64,000 nt of DNA. Source: Pavona decussata (Eukaryota). Under the pieces are notes generated by a model. That model worked only from the letters and a program-made list of their open reading frames with translations. It searched no databases and was not told where the DNA came from. The stretch is from positions 434,001 to 498,000 of the forward strand of contig CDRNST010000086.1 in assembly GCA_977016875.1 (NCBI GenBank), in the 5' to 3' direction. The translations under genes were made by a program, and so were the position numbers. Shown here piece by piece: positions 1 to 10,761 of this stretch; the first letter of the stretch is position 1; each line of letters starts with the position of its first letter.

Positions 1-355
1 AATTTGCTTTCACGTTGGATAGGACAAAAAGACATTTTGCCGTCCTGTCTACTATGCAGTAGGCGGGCATATGGTTGTGAGGGGCTCAAAGAGAAGTGGG
101 ACATTCCATGCGGATTGAAAATGTTGGGGGTTAGCGAGAAAAAAGAAAATAGAAGGCTTGTAACTGTTAATAAGTGACACGTTAGCTTTACCATAAAGGT
201 TGAATGGAGATTAGCATCTCTCGGTTACTGTTGGATCTGTTGTCACGTGGGGTATTTGCTAGATAGCGAGATGTTTCAGAGTCTTATCCTTAATGCTTTT
301 TGTCATTACAAGGCTGATCAAACGAATTGATCTTATTTGGCCCATTTTACAGAGT
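1..355 (-). mobile_element. Part of a non-autonomous DNA element, inverted copy of 7987-8342; continues off the window start
   Basis: 1-355 is the reverse complement of 7987-8342 with only scattered mismatches. Confidence 0.8.
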
Positions 356-591
356 AACAGTCTGTTACGACTGACAAACCTGTGAGCCTCAGATTCCAGA
401 TCGAATTGGAATTTGGACGTGTTGGTTTTTAAGGAGAGGGGAAAACTGGGGAAGCCAGAGAAAAACCTCTCTGAGCAAGGATGAGAACCAACAACAAACT
501 CAACCCATGTATAACGCCAAGTCCAGGAATTGAACCCGCGCCACATTGGTGGGATGCGGGTGCTCTCATCACTACACTATCCCTGCTTCCC
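356..591 (-). mobile_element. tRNA-derived SINE, 3' end cut by the adjacent element
   Basis: Minus strand starts GGGAAGCAGGGATAGTGTAGTGATGAGAGCACC...GGGTTCAATTCC (A/B-box-like). Body is shared with 18934-19113 and 40475-40730. Confidence 0.75.
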
Positions 592-1284
592 TATCTTGTA
601 CAAATGCAACTCAGAACCTATCCTTGATACCTGTCTTTTATACAGTATAGTTCCAGAAAATATCCCCCCCCCCCCACCACCCCACCACAGAATGGATTGG
701 AAAGGACTAGTGGGGGGAGGAGGGGGCATCTCATACATGTAGGCCAAAGTTCAAAGAATTGTATGGAGCTTAATTGAAATTTCCAGAGGGGTAGGGGGTC
801 TTAGAAAAAATCTGTTCTATGGGGGTCGGGGTCTTAATATTTTTTCTTGGAAATGGAAATTCCAATGGGAAAGGTGGTTTCAAAATGATAACTTTGTAAT
901 GGAAATTATGAAGGACCGGAGTTCAAACCCATAAAGAACATAAATATTGTGGCTGGGGGCAGGTTGGTATGGGCATTAGGTGGAACAACATGCATTCTTA
1001 GTACATTATTACTTTTAGGAACTTGCTTGAGACTGCGTTGTCTTGTAGTGTGGCTTCCCTGTCTAACTTCATTGCATAAGGGCTAATAATTATACATGTA
1101 CCTGTTTATCAGCCTAATCACATGGACCAATTTACATGTTACAATTTGTTGGCCGAATTCTTTTTCTGTTGGTGAAGCGCAAGGTTAAAATCAGCATGAT
1201 TCAAAACATGTGTAGCACTGCCACAGATCAGGATACTTTTATGTAAATTGGCCTTAACACAGACTTTCTTTTTTATTTTTAAAG

Positions 1285-4200
1285 ATGATTGCTAAATATC
1301 TGGAAAATACTCATGCAGCGACTCACAATCGATATCATATGAAGTTACTTGATGTGTTTGCAGTGGATCATGAAAAGAAATCCTTCACTGATGTTGGAAA
1401 TAGGTATAACTAAGTAAATATGTAATGCAGTTGCGATTACAGATCTTCAGAAGCAGGACACAGCTACATATATAGAACAACTAATTATTATTAAAATAAG
1501 AGTGGTTATCAGTGGCTAAAAACTGACGTTACTGCCAGACTTGGGACCATAACCATGGATCTCAGTACTTGGCGATAAAAGCTATGATATGTTACAGAAA
1601 CGTCCAAGGTTTTCATAAATTTATTTGATTTTTTACAGCCTTCATTTTCTAAGTGACTAAGTAAGTAGTCTTTATTAAATGATTTCTTTCTTAATTACAT
1701 CCATTTTGAAATCACTGGTGATCCTTGGAATCTGATTGGTCCAAAATGGTGCAATTTATTCCTAAATTGCACCATTTTTTGCTCTAAATCGCATCCTTTC
1801 TCTAGCCCATCAAAATGGAAATGAAGTAACACAAATAGAATATTAATATTGACAATGATACTCTGTGATTTCAAAATGGATGTAATTAAGTGGTAATTGA
1901 ACTTCGTGTCGTGCAATTTTGGTCTGAAATCATACTTGTGATTTGAAATCAAACTCGCGCTGCGCGCTCGTTTGATTTTGAAATCACGCGTATGATTTCA
2001 GACCAAATTGCACTCCACTCAGTTCAATTACCAATATAAAACGTTCCCCCACTTCCCTCCCCTCCCCATTTTTTTTGTCTGGCTACAACAATATTGCATT
2101 TTAGAGAACATCATCTTGTTTGTTAGTTTTCTAACAGCCGGGACCATTAGTCTGCAATTTTTAAAAGTCATATTCTTTTATCCATTTATGTCTGAAAATA
2201 GATTAAGGAGGGAAAAATTAATTGTCTTTTTCTATTATGTACCCCTGGATATGCTGGTCCATTCCTCACTTAACACAAAACAATATGAAGGAAGAACGGT
2301 GCCGGAAACGAACGGACCAATAACAGAAGGAGAAAGAACTCTGTGAAGCCGTTCTGATGCGAGTATCTCAAGTTCTGTTGTGGAGATTGGTTCTCTAGTT
2401 GGTTGTAGCCTGCCTAGTCAGCAGTATTGTCCATGTGCAAATATAAAGGTTTGGCATTATGCCGCAAGAAAATACCATTTCAAATCCTGGCCATTTCCCC
2501 ATTCCCTTCACGGCTTTGCTGCTTGTTCGCCCATTTTTTGCCTTCGCCCAATATATCGCCAGCTGTGCAGGCTTGTTGGTTCCTTTTCCCAAACTCATCA
2601 GCTATATCCATTTACTTTGCAATGTTTTTCTCTTGTAGGATGCTTCTATGGCATGGATCCCGTTTAACAAACTGGGCTGGCATTTTAAGTCAGGGATTGA
2701 GGATACCTCCCCCAGAGGCCCCAGTGACAGGCTACATGGTAAGATCATGTTGAAGCAGTGTCATTGAGGATGACGGGTTAGGATGCAGTTTGTACAAACT
2801 GTACGTGATGGACGGTAGTAACTTTCTCAGATCTGTGCTTGCATGTGCTACTTGTCTGACCGGTACAACAGTCGTTGTCTTTTTGTGTACCTTAAATTTC
2901 AGGGCAAGATTGTTGTGACAGACGTTTATAATGTCCTGAAATTGTGTAAGCTTACACAAGACAAGTTTGGCTTGCCCTGGAAATTAAAATGTTTCTTAGG
3001 TAAATCTTTGCCATCAGAAATTTCAGAAGGAAATCTGCAGATGTCTTTGAGGGTTTAAGAAAATGATTTTTTTCTTTTAAAATTTGCTTAGAAGATCTTT
3101 GGAAACTGTTCGTGAACCGTAGGAACTGCCAACCAGGAACTGGATTACACGTAAAAATCAATGGAGAATATTAACTGGTTATAAAAGTTACTGCAACTGG
3201 TTTATGGTTAACTTTAATGTTTCTCCTTTATTTACTTGTAGTTTGGCAAAGGTGTCTATTTCGCTGACATGTCATCTAAGAGTGCAAATTATTGCTCTGC
3301 TACAAGGACAAAGAATGTTGGCTTACTGCTACTCAGCGAGGTCAGAAAAATGTAGCTTGAGCGCATTTTTTGAAATCTGTTGGCAAGGATTTTTTACCCC
3401 CGTGAGTTATTCGTCCATCACTTGAAGGGTCGCTCCTCAAAACAGGTAAAACTCGAAATCGTCCAAAAGCTGTGCACTTTGATCATTAAACGGCTTCTCC
3501 GAGTGATCTGTTTTGTGGAGAAGCAGAAAATGACTTTCACTTAGTCTCTCTCGGACGTTTCGAGGCGTTCTTTGCATTCTTTACATGGAAAGCAAAGTGA
3601 CTATTATTAAACCATGAAGTACATACAGCTGTGCATTCAAGTGTCGTTTGAAATGAGGGGAAAAGGCGTGCGAGCGACTTGGCTCTGCTTTGACTTGCTG
3701 TTCGCTGAGAAAGTGGCGCGAGTTTGGCTAATCTAGTCTAGAAAAACAAAACCAAAGCAGACAAAATTATTTTCAACTGAACTGAACACGGTTCTATTCC
3801 TTTGCAAAAAAATCACGGCATAGAAGAACAAACTTTGAGTGGAAGAAAATGTATAATATGAAAATTTTCTTTTTTTGCACGCACTATCCTATACGGCAGA
3901 TGACGGTATTTTTTTTTTCACACAGTGACACAGGCATACTCCGAGTTATTCTAACAGGAGTCGAAACTATGACTATCCTACAGATTACATGTTTGGTACC
4001 ATTCGTAGTCTTATCACTTGGCTCCAAAAATAAATTCCTGCACTCCGTTCATTGGCTGTGTTTATTTACAGGTTTCCCTCGGAAAGAGTAATGAGCTTCT
4101 AGAAGGGGATTACACTGCTGACAAGCTACCTACTGGCTGTCATAATGTTAAAGGCATGGGAAAAGTGGCTCCTGATCCGAACGACACTTGTACAATGTAT

Positions 4201-6565
4201 GTTGTGTTGGTCACCAGAGTATTGTTAGATCAGACTACCCGAAGTACTACTGCTTTCTCAGGGAACTCGAGCAAAAAATACGCCAAGTATCAGATCTTTC
4301 CTTAGAGGAGTGGGGGGGGGGGGAGGTAGGGGAGTGGCGGGGGGGGGGGGAAGCCTGGCTAACCAAGAATTCATTTAATTTATTATGGACACAAGCCGAC
4401 AGTATCACTGTCTTCAATTAAGTGGAATGTTCCGTTGATAAATAATGACAATATGCGTCGCTATCGTCTCCGAACTGACGCCCAATACTTGGTCTTTTCT
4501 CACCCACTGAGATCATGAACCATTCAGTTCAATTGAATTGAGCTTATTTGACTGTTTTTTTGAAGTGATCTGTGAGCTTTCGTGTGCCACAAGTTTGTCA
4601 ACTTACCTTAATAGTCACTACTCCAACGCCGCTTTACAAGTGGGTATCACGGCGTAAAATTGCGTGTCCTGTGATCGTTGTAAGAGTTACAATATTTCAT
4701 GTTTGATTTTTCAGGAAAGATGGGGTGGTTGTACCTTGTGGTAAAAGCAAAGAGACCGGTGTGGTCAATCCACGAGGATATACGCTCAAACATAACGGTA
4801 ATTTGTCTTATGCTTTGTTTGTTTACTTGAGTGAGACTTCACAACTGTAAACCTAGAAAAAGAATTAAATAGATAAAACATTAAAAGTGAACATCAAAAC
4901 TGTAAACCTTAAAAGGGAGACGCAAAAGGAAAGAGCCTCAATCAACCTACTCCAATTGTAAGGAGAAGCGGAAATTAAAACCGTAAAGCATTATTGCGTT
5001 CGACAGCAGATTGGAGTCGAGATGGTACGGGACAGCGTTGATTGCCGTGAATGAATGGATCTTGGGACGCGTATCTGAAATCCCCCGCAGATTTTTCAGG
5101 AGCTGATGACATCATCACCAACTTGGCAAAGGAGAGAGAGCCTGGTGAAATCGAACGCACTCCCTAATCTTTGATTATTCAGTACTAGTCTACATTAAGA
5201 CATGATAAAGGTAAGAACAAGGATAATGCGTTTTGGCCAGTGTCGTTGTGACAGCTGCAGTCATGGTAGATTGACCAGGTACAGGTCAAGGCAGGGTCTG
5301 AGAAGTGCTAGTTTGCAAAGGCGGTGACTAACAAACTGGATGAATAGAGCCGGTTTTAATTGAGTGTGTGTAATTGCGTTTTTACTTTGGCTCTGCATTA
5401 CTACGTTCTGTGATTGGTTGATAAAACTCGCGCCACTTTCTCAACCAATAAGATGTAAAACCAAAACCAATCGTGCCTCGCTCGCACGTGTTTTCCCGCG
5501 CCTGGCGCCGGTTACATGTATATTTACTTTGAATTCTGATTGGTTCATTGTGCTGTTTACATCTGTTGTGATTGGTCAGAGTAATTACTTTGGTTTTGGT
5601 TTTGGTTTTACGACACTCGATTGAAAACCGCTCTATACTGACATCGATATACATGATCACGGCGCATACCCAGTTCTATATAGTAAGGGGCTGCCGCCCA
5701 CTGCCTTTACGCATTTCTCCAGATTGCTGTTTAATAATAGCTTTGTTTTTATGAATTTTCGCAGTAATATGTGGGGTTTTTTTATAGTGAAAAATCTGAG
5801 GTCTTGGTTTAACATATTTTTGGTTCTTTGGTTTTGCAGAATACATAGTCTACAACACAAATCAGGTAATCAATTGCTCTGCACTGATTAGTGGAACAAA
5901 AGAAGTTGAGCACAAAATAACAAAAAAAAAAAAACCCGTTTTTTTTTCTATATACACTGAAATAAAATATTGCATAATGAAAAAAATTGTACGCCCGGAG
6001 TGCTTAAAACTGCGTACAAAACAGTCAGAGGTTTCGGGGATAAACCCCCTCATTAATGTTTATGTTTAGCTGTTTTTGGCACCCAGGGACTTGTTAGTGA
6101 ATTTGAGTAACGCCTTCAAAAATGTCACTTCAAAAAGTAAATTCACGTAGCCTAGTTATCCAGGCTGAATTGGTGAATATTGAATTCACCGACCTGTTCT
6201 CATCTTATCAATAAAACTTTAAATTTGGTCTCTTTGCGTTGTTGTTTTGAACAACGGCAAGGCAAGTGACCAAAATTTGCACCGCATGGGTGGATTTCAA
6301 TCACTCTTGGTCAAAGTATTACCTTTAAGAAGATCTAGTTGAACAGCTCGTGACTGCCTGTAGAGCAGGTTAATTAAGACCTGCGATTTTGTGCTTCTAA
6401 GCAAGCACAACTTCGAATGATTCACTGTTAGAAGTCTTGTGTTGTTGTCTTTATATCTGTGGGCCTTTTTTTTTCTTACTTAAAGATTTGGTTAAATTTA
6501 TTTGTTTTCATTTTCCCTAGGTGCGAATGCGGTACTTGGTGAAAGTCAAGTTTAACTTTAAATAA
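1285..6565 (+). CDS. PARP2: PARP2-like paralog, catalytic (ART) half only; 5' exons not in window
   Basis: Exons 1285-1403, 2639-2738, 3242-3340, 4072-4196, 4715-4797, 5840-5865, 6521-6565, all GT-AG and in phase. Encodes [51 protein letters not shown]...[33 protein letters not shown] triad intact, no stops. Confidence 0.9.
1694..2035. repeat. Fold-back interspersed repeat, present in PARP copy 1 intron only
   Basis: ATTACATCCATTTTGAAATCAC...GTGATTTCAAAATGGATGTAAT and GGTCTGAAATCATAC...GTATGATTTCAGACC inverted arms; absent from the paralogous intron near 23150-23200. Confidence 0.6.
2406..2573. mobile_element. Short TAGCC...GGCT element (shared with copy 2 near 23497-23666)
   Basis: Termini TAGCCTG / CAGGCT; GTTGGTT repeated on both flanks. 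Confidence 0.45.
4974..5180. repeat. Interspersed repeat, second copy at about 41480-41700
   Basis: Shared ATGGATCTTGGGA...CCCCGCAGATT...AACTTGGCAAAGGAG...ATCGAACGCACTCCCTAATCTTTGATTATT. Confidence 0.65.
5345..5635. mobile_element. MITE with TAGAGC...GCTCTA terminal inverted repeats
   Basis: TAGAGCCGGTTTTAATTGAGTGT / ACACTCGATTGAAAACCGCTCTA; degraded relatives near 3660-3800 and 24780-24915. Confidence 0.7.
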
Positions 6566-6892
6566 GTCCGTTATACTCTATCGGGCGGAAGTGATGTGTA
6601 AAGCCAAGGAATTTTTTAAACGGTCCAGCAGATAGTTACATGTAAAGATCCAGAAGAAAATGTACAAAAAGACAGCGGACGATTTTGACAAGGAGCCTTG
6701 TCAAAGACCGCCAAATATGGTGATAACTGACATAGTAACTTTATTTAGTTGGAAATATCGCAGAGACGGTATTAATGCCAGGTTGTATCGTGAGGTTTTA
6801 TATCTGTTGTGTGTACAGTTGCGTTCATGTTTTAAAAAATAGGAAAAACATCCCACTTCGTTTCGCACCCCCACCCACTTTGTCGTGCACCA

Positions 6893-7446
6893 AGGGTGGT
6901 CGCTTACGAGAGGTGGTCGCTTACGGGAAAGATCAATAAAATAAGCCTAATGCTGGACTGATAAATTAATTACCTAAAAATCTTACCCTAGCAGCTGCAA
7001 TTAGGTAAATAGAAACTAATTTATTTGATTTTTTCACATTTATTTATTCTTCTGACGAAACTTTGTTTAACATTTTGGAACAGATCACACTAACAATTTT
7101 CATTTACCTACAGATCTAATTATAGTAATCTTCTCTGTCTGTAAACTGCCAGTTGTCCGACGTAGCGTCATTAAAAATTGAACTTTTGTTGCTTCTGAGT
7201 AATTATTTACTCAGATCATACGCGAATATGTTGGGTGGTCGCTTACTGGAAACAGAAAACAAAAGAAGATGTTAAATTTCTGGCCTAAAAAGTGGTCGCG
7301 GTCCCTTAGAAATTTGAGTGGTGGTCGCTTACGAGAGAGCTCTTGAAACAGTATTTAACTTAGAAACAAAACGGTTGTTTACGAAGTGGTCGCTTACGGG
7401 AGGTGGTCGCTTACGAGAAGTGGTCGCCTTGAGAGAGTTGACTGTC
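6893..7446. mobile_element. Truncated Tc1/mariner-type non-autonomous element (GGTGGTCGCTTACG repeat family)
   Basis: Multiple GGTGGTCGCTTACG(A/G)GA subterminal repeats; right end GAGTTGACTG; related to 9509-10337. Confidence 0.65.
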
Positions 7447-7723
7447 TGCTTAAATAGCTTTGATTTGAATGCGCCGACTTTCTTGCCCAAAATCGAAATT
7501 TGGAGCCTGCTGGAACAGCGTAATAAACTAGTGTAATGAAGCATTAGCTTTTCGTGACTGATTTGAATGGGCGCGCTGTACGATTTCATCCACAGACGGA
7601 TAATCCCCGCATATTTAGCGTGCGTTCGATTCACCCTATTACGGAAAAGGAATACGTACAATGACGACAGGAAATCCCTCATAAGAGGATTTTGGTTGGA
7701 GTTACTAGAGTACAAAATCGCTC

Positions 7724-7870
7724 NNNNNNNNNNNNNNNNNNNNNNNNNNNNNNNNNNNNNNNNNNNNNNNNNNNNNNNNNNNNNNNNNNNNNNNNNNNNN
7801 NNNNNNNNNNNNNNNNNNNNNNNNNNNNNNNNNNNNNNNNNNNNNNNNNNNNNNNNNNNNNNNNNNNNNN
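7724..7870. other. Assembly gap (N run)
   Basis: Run of n. Confidence 1.
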
Positions 7871-8472
7871 AGCTCCAGCGAGACCTCTATACAACAGTTT
7901 TTTGGCTCAATAAAGAAAAAAGATATTGCTTTAGTCCACATTCAGTTTTGCTTATTAAATAAGAGCGCTCCGTTGCCTTTTCTTTAACTCTGTAAAATGG
8001 GCGAAATAAGATCAATTCGTTTGATCAGCCTTGTAATGACAAAAAGCATTAAGGATAAGACTCTAAAACATCTCGCTATCTAGCAAATACCCCACGTGAC
8101 AACAGATCCAACAGTAACCTAGAGATGCTAATCTCCATTCAAACTTTATGGTAAAGCTAACGTGTCACTTATTAACAGTAACAAGCCTTCTATTTCCTTT
8201 TTTCTCGCTAACCCTCCAAAATTTTCAATCCGCATGGAATGTCCCACTTCTCTTTGAGCCCCTCACAACCATATGCCCGCCTACTGCATAGTAGACAGGA
8301 CGGCAAAATGTCTTTCTGTCCTATCCAACGTGAAAGCAAATTCCAAGCGCACACGTTGCCCATTTTTGGAAATGCCGAAATGGCTGTTTTTATCCTTGAG
8401 GACGCATTATTCGTATGGACGAGCTATTTTTCCGTTGTGCGTCGTTCGAGACGAACAACGGAAGATAGTTCG

Positions 8473-8510
<38 letters not shown>

Positions 8511-8590
8511 CAGCGAGAGACGAATAACCGGAATGTTTGCCCAAGTTCGCCCAGACGGATAATGCGTCCTCTAGTATAAACAGCCGTTAA
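7871..8590 (+). mobile_element. Non-autonomous DNA element, probable right terminus ...AGACGGATAATGCGTCCTCTAGTATAAACAGCCGTTAA
   Basis: Repeated CCAGACGGATAATGCGTC motifs and an inverted GACGCATTAT; interior matches 1-355 in reverse. Confidence 0.65.
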
Positions 8591-8859
8591 ATGCTTGAAT
8601 GTGAAGGCAATGTCTCAACTAAACACTTTCAATTGTAACTGTTAAAAACTGAGCTTGAAAAATTTATTACAATTCTCATGTAATTCCCAGAAATTCCAAG
8701 CCAGTAACAATCAATTAACTGCAATTCCACAAACTTCCCACAATTCCTAACCCTAACCCAGAATTCTGGGAATCTATTTCGCAGGGTCATTCAGCAATTT
8801 TTGGAAAAAATAGATAAAAAATACCCTTATGTTTTAGAATACCGTCAAAGCCGCTCTTA

Positions 8860-9500
8860 AATTACACAAGCTGGATTTTTTTGTATGTTGATTGCCGTAC
8901 AAGAACAGAGCTTTCCCTAGTACAACTCTCGTTGTAGATTTCGATGTATCAGGACAGCTGCCAGGACAAGATTTTTGTCCGCAAAGGTTCCTCATTTTCG
9001 GCAAGTGCTGAAAACAGGAATATTCAGGCTCTTAAAACTACATGTAAATAAGCATCTCCCAGTGATGTTGCCATAAGACCGTATTCTCAGAAGGACACCT
9101 AACTTAACTCAAAAGATCGTTTGACTTTCAATCTTCCTTTCCGACCGTTTTGAAAATGCATGCATCAAATGTCTCGAATCTCGGCAAAATTCAACGCCGG
9201 CTGCGACGCGGAATTCTCGAAAAACAATAATCTTTGGAAAGTTTTATATTGCTATTTTCATAAATAGTTCACTAAAGGGATTTTCCTGAAAAAATAAGAA
9301 GAAATCCGAAATTTCAGTTTTGACCGCGAGTTCTCGATATTCTCAGTCAACCGCTCATAAATCAGCTTGAAAACGAGGAAATTTTGGAGGCAAAATCTTG
9401 TCCTGGTACATCGAAACTCACAATAACAGATATGCTTGAGGTAAGCTCTGTTACTTTACTGCAACATGTAAGATATCAAGCTTGGGCATAGAATTTAATA
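8860..9500. mobile_element. Degenerate MITE-like element
   Basis: Inverted arms TTTCGATGTA...CCAGGACAAGATTTT versus AAAATCTTGTCCTGGTACATCGAAA. Confidence 0.5.
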
Positions 9501-9508
9501 GCCAAGTA

Positions 9509-10337
9509 CAGTCGAACCTCCTTGTGTGACCACCTCTCGTAAGCGACCACCTCTCATTAGCGACCACTTTTCCAAAATACCAAAAGTTTTCAAGGCAAAT
9601 TAGTTAAGGTGGAACCTCTCGTAGGCGACCACCTCTCGTAAGCGACCACCTCCCGTAAGCGACCACTTTTAGAGATGATTGTTCAAAATTTTCAATTGTT
9701 TTTAACCTCCCGTAGGCGACCTTTTGACACACAATTTGCTGTTTCTCTCACGGGCGGAAATTGACTGTAACATATTGGCCCACATCATTACAGCGGATGC
9801 CGTATAAAAATCTCACAGCCGGAGCTACCGGAAGTGTCTCCCGGCATTGAAACAAATGATAACATATACATGTACTATAGTGTACACTGAAATAAACTTT
9901 AATCAGGTTGAATCCCTTATAGGAAAGAAACTCTCTTATCTTGTAAATAGCATGCATGTACATGCACGACCGGTGATGACTCTCTCAACCTTGTATTATC
10001 CAACAGGAAAATTGTGGCGATAAAGAACGTCAACTGGCTTGTGTAACAAACAAGCAAACGCCGAAGTTGTTGATGTGTTACGCTTGAAATGTAACATTGC
10101 AAACATGCCGTTTACTGTTTGCTCCTAAATCAGGCAGTCTAAAGAAAATTTCTTACTTTAGGTTTCGATCAAGCACTGTCAAAAGGGTTAGGTGTCCGCA
10201 ATTGCAATATGTAAACTACCCGAAATTTAGACCCCCCCCCCCCCCCCCCGTGGTCTGACCTCTGGTAAGCGACCGCCTCCCGTAAGCGACCACATATCCT
10301 TGACATTATGGGTGGTCGCTTACGGGAGGTTCGACTG
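9509..10337. mobile_element. Complete Tc1/mariner (pogo-like) non-autonomous element
   Basis: TIR CAGTCGAACCTCC...GGAGGTTCGACTG, TA on both flanks, 17-bp GCGACCACCTCTCGTAA subterminal repeats. Confidence 0.85.
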
Positions 10338-10631
10338 TATTTACAGAATTTAACACCAACTTGTCCAAGGGAATTTTTTGTGTATTTTCTTCTGCTAGTT
10401 AACACATTTGGAATGCATTTACTTTCTATTACTTTTCGAGAGAATGACAAAGTTATCGTTTGAATACAAAATCTAAATACTCTAAACAGTTTTCCACTGC
10501 TCTGTATCAGTCCTATACTAATGCCACAGCAAATCTGTCCATCGTGTCGATTCGGGGTTTACGAATCCGGTCCAATTCTGTCCAATCCTGATTTTGTTGT
10601 TCAGATAGAGAAAGACTGGTAGCTATAATAA

Positions 10632-10652
10632 TTTGGCGCCAATTTCCCGTGC
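10632..10652 (+). promoter_or_regulatory. Candidate E2F sites in the PARP2 promoter
   Basis: TTTGGCGCCAA (E2F consensus, palindromic core) followed directly by TTTCCCG, about 120 bp upstream of the ATG at 10762. Confidence 0.5.
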
Positions 10653-10761
10653 AAGCTTGAGCTTGGTGCGAGTGAGTTGTGTCGTGGGGCTGTCCTCCAT
10701 CTTTGATGAGAACAACAACAGCAAAAGAAAAAGAAAGAAAGAAATTTGTACGGAAACTGAA

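Noticed and set aside
7567-7962. ORFs spanning N runs (also 28280-28543)
   Set aside because: Artefacts of assembly gaps.
8747-8759. CTAACCCTAACCC as interstitial telomere
   Set aside because: Only about two units, embedded in a degraded repeat.
6893-10337. GGTGGTCGCTTACG / GCGACCACCTCTCGTAA repeats as a CRISPR-like array
   Set aside because: Irregular spacing, no unique equal-length spacers, eukaryotic context; they are subterminal repeats of TA-flanked TIR elements.
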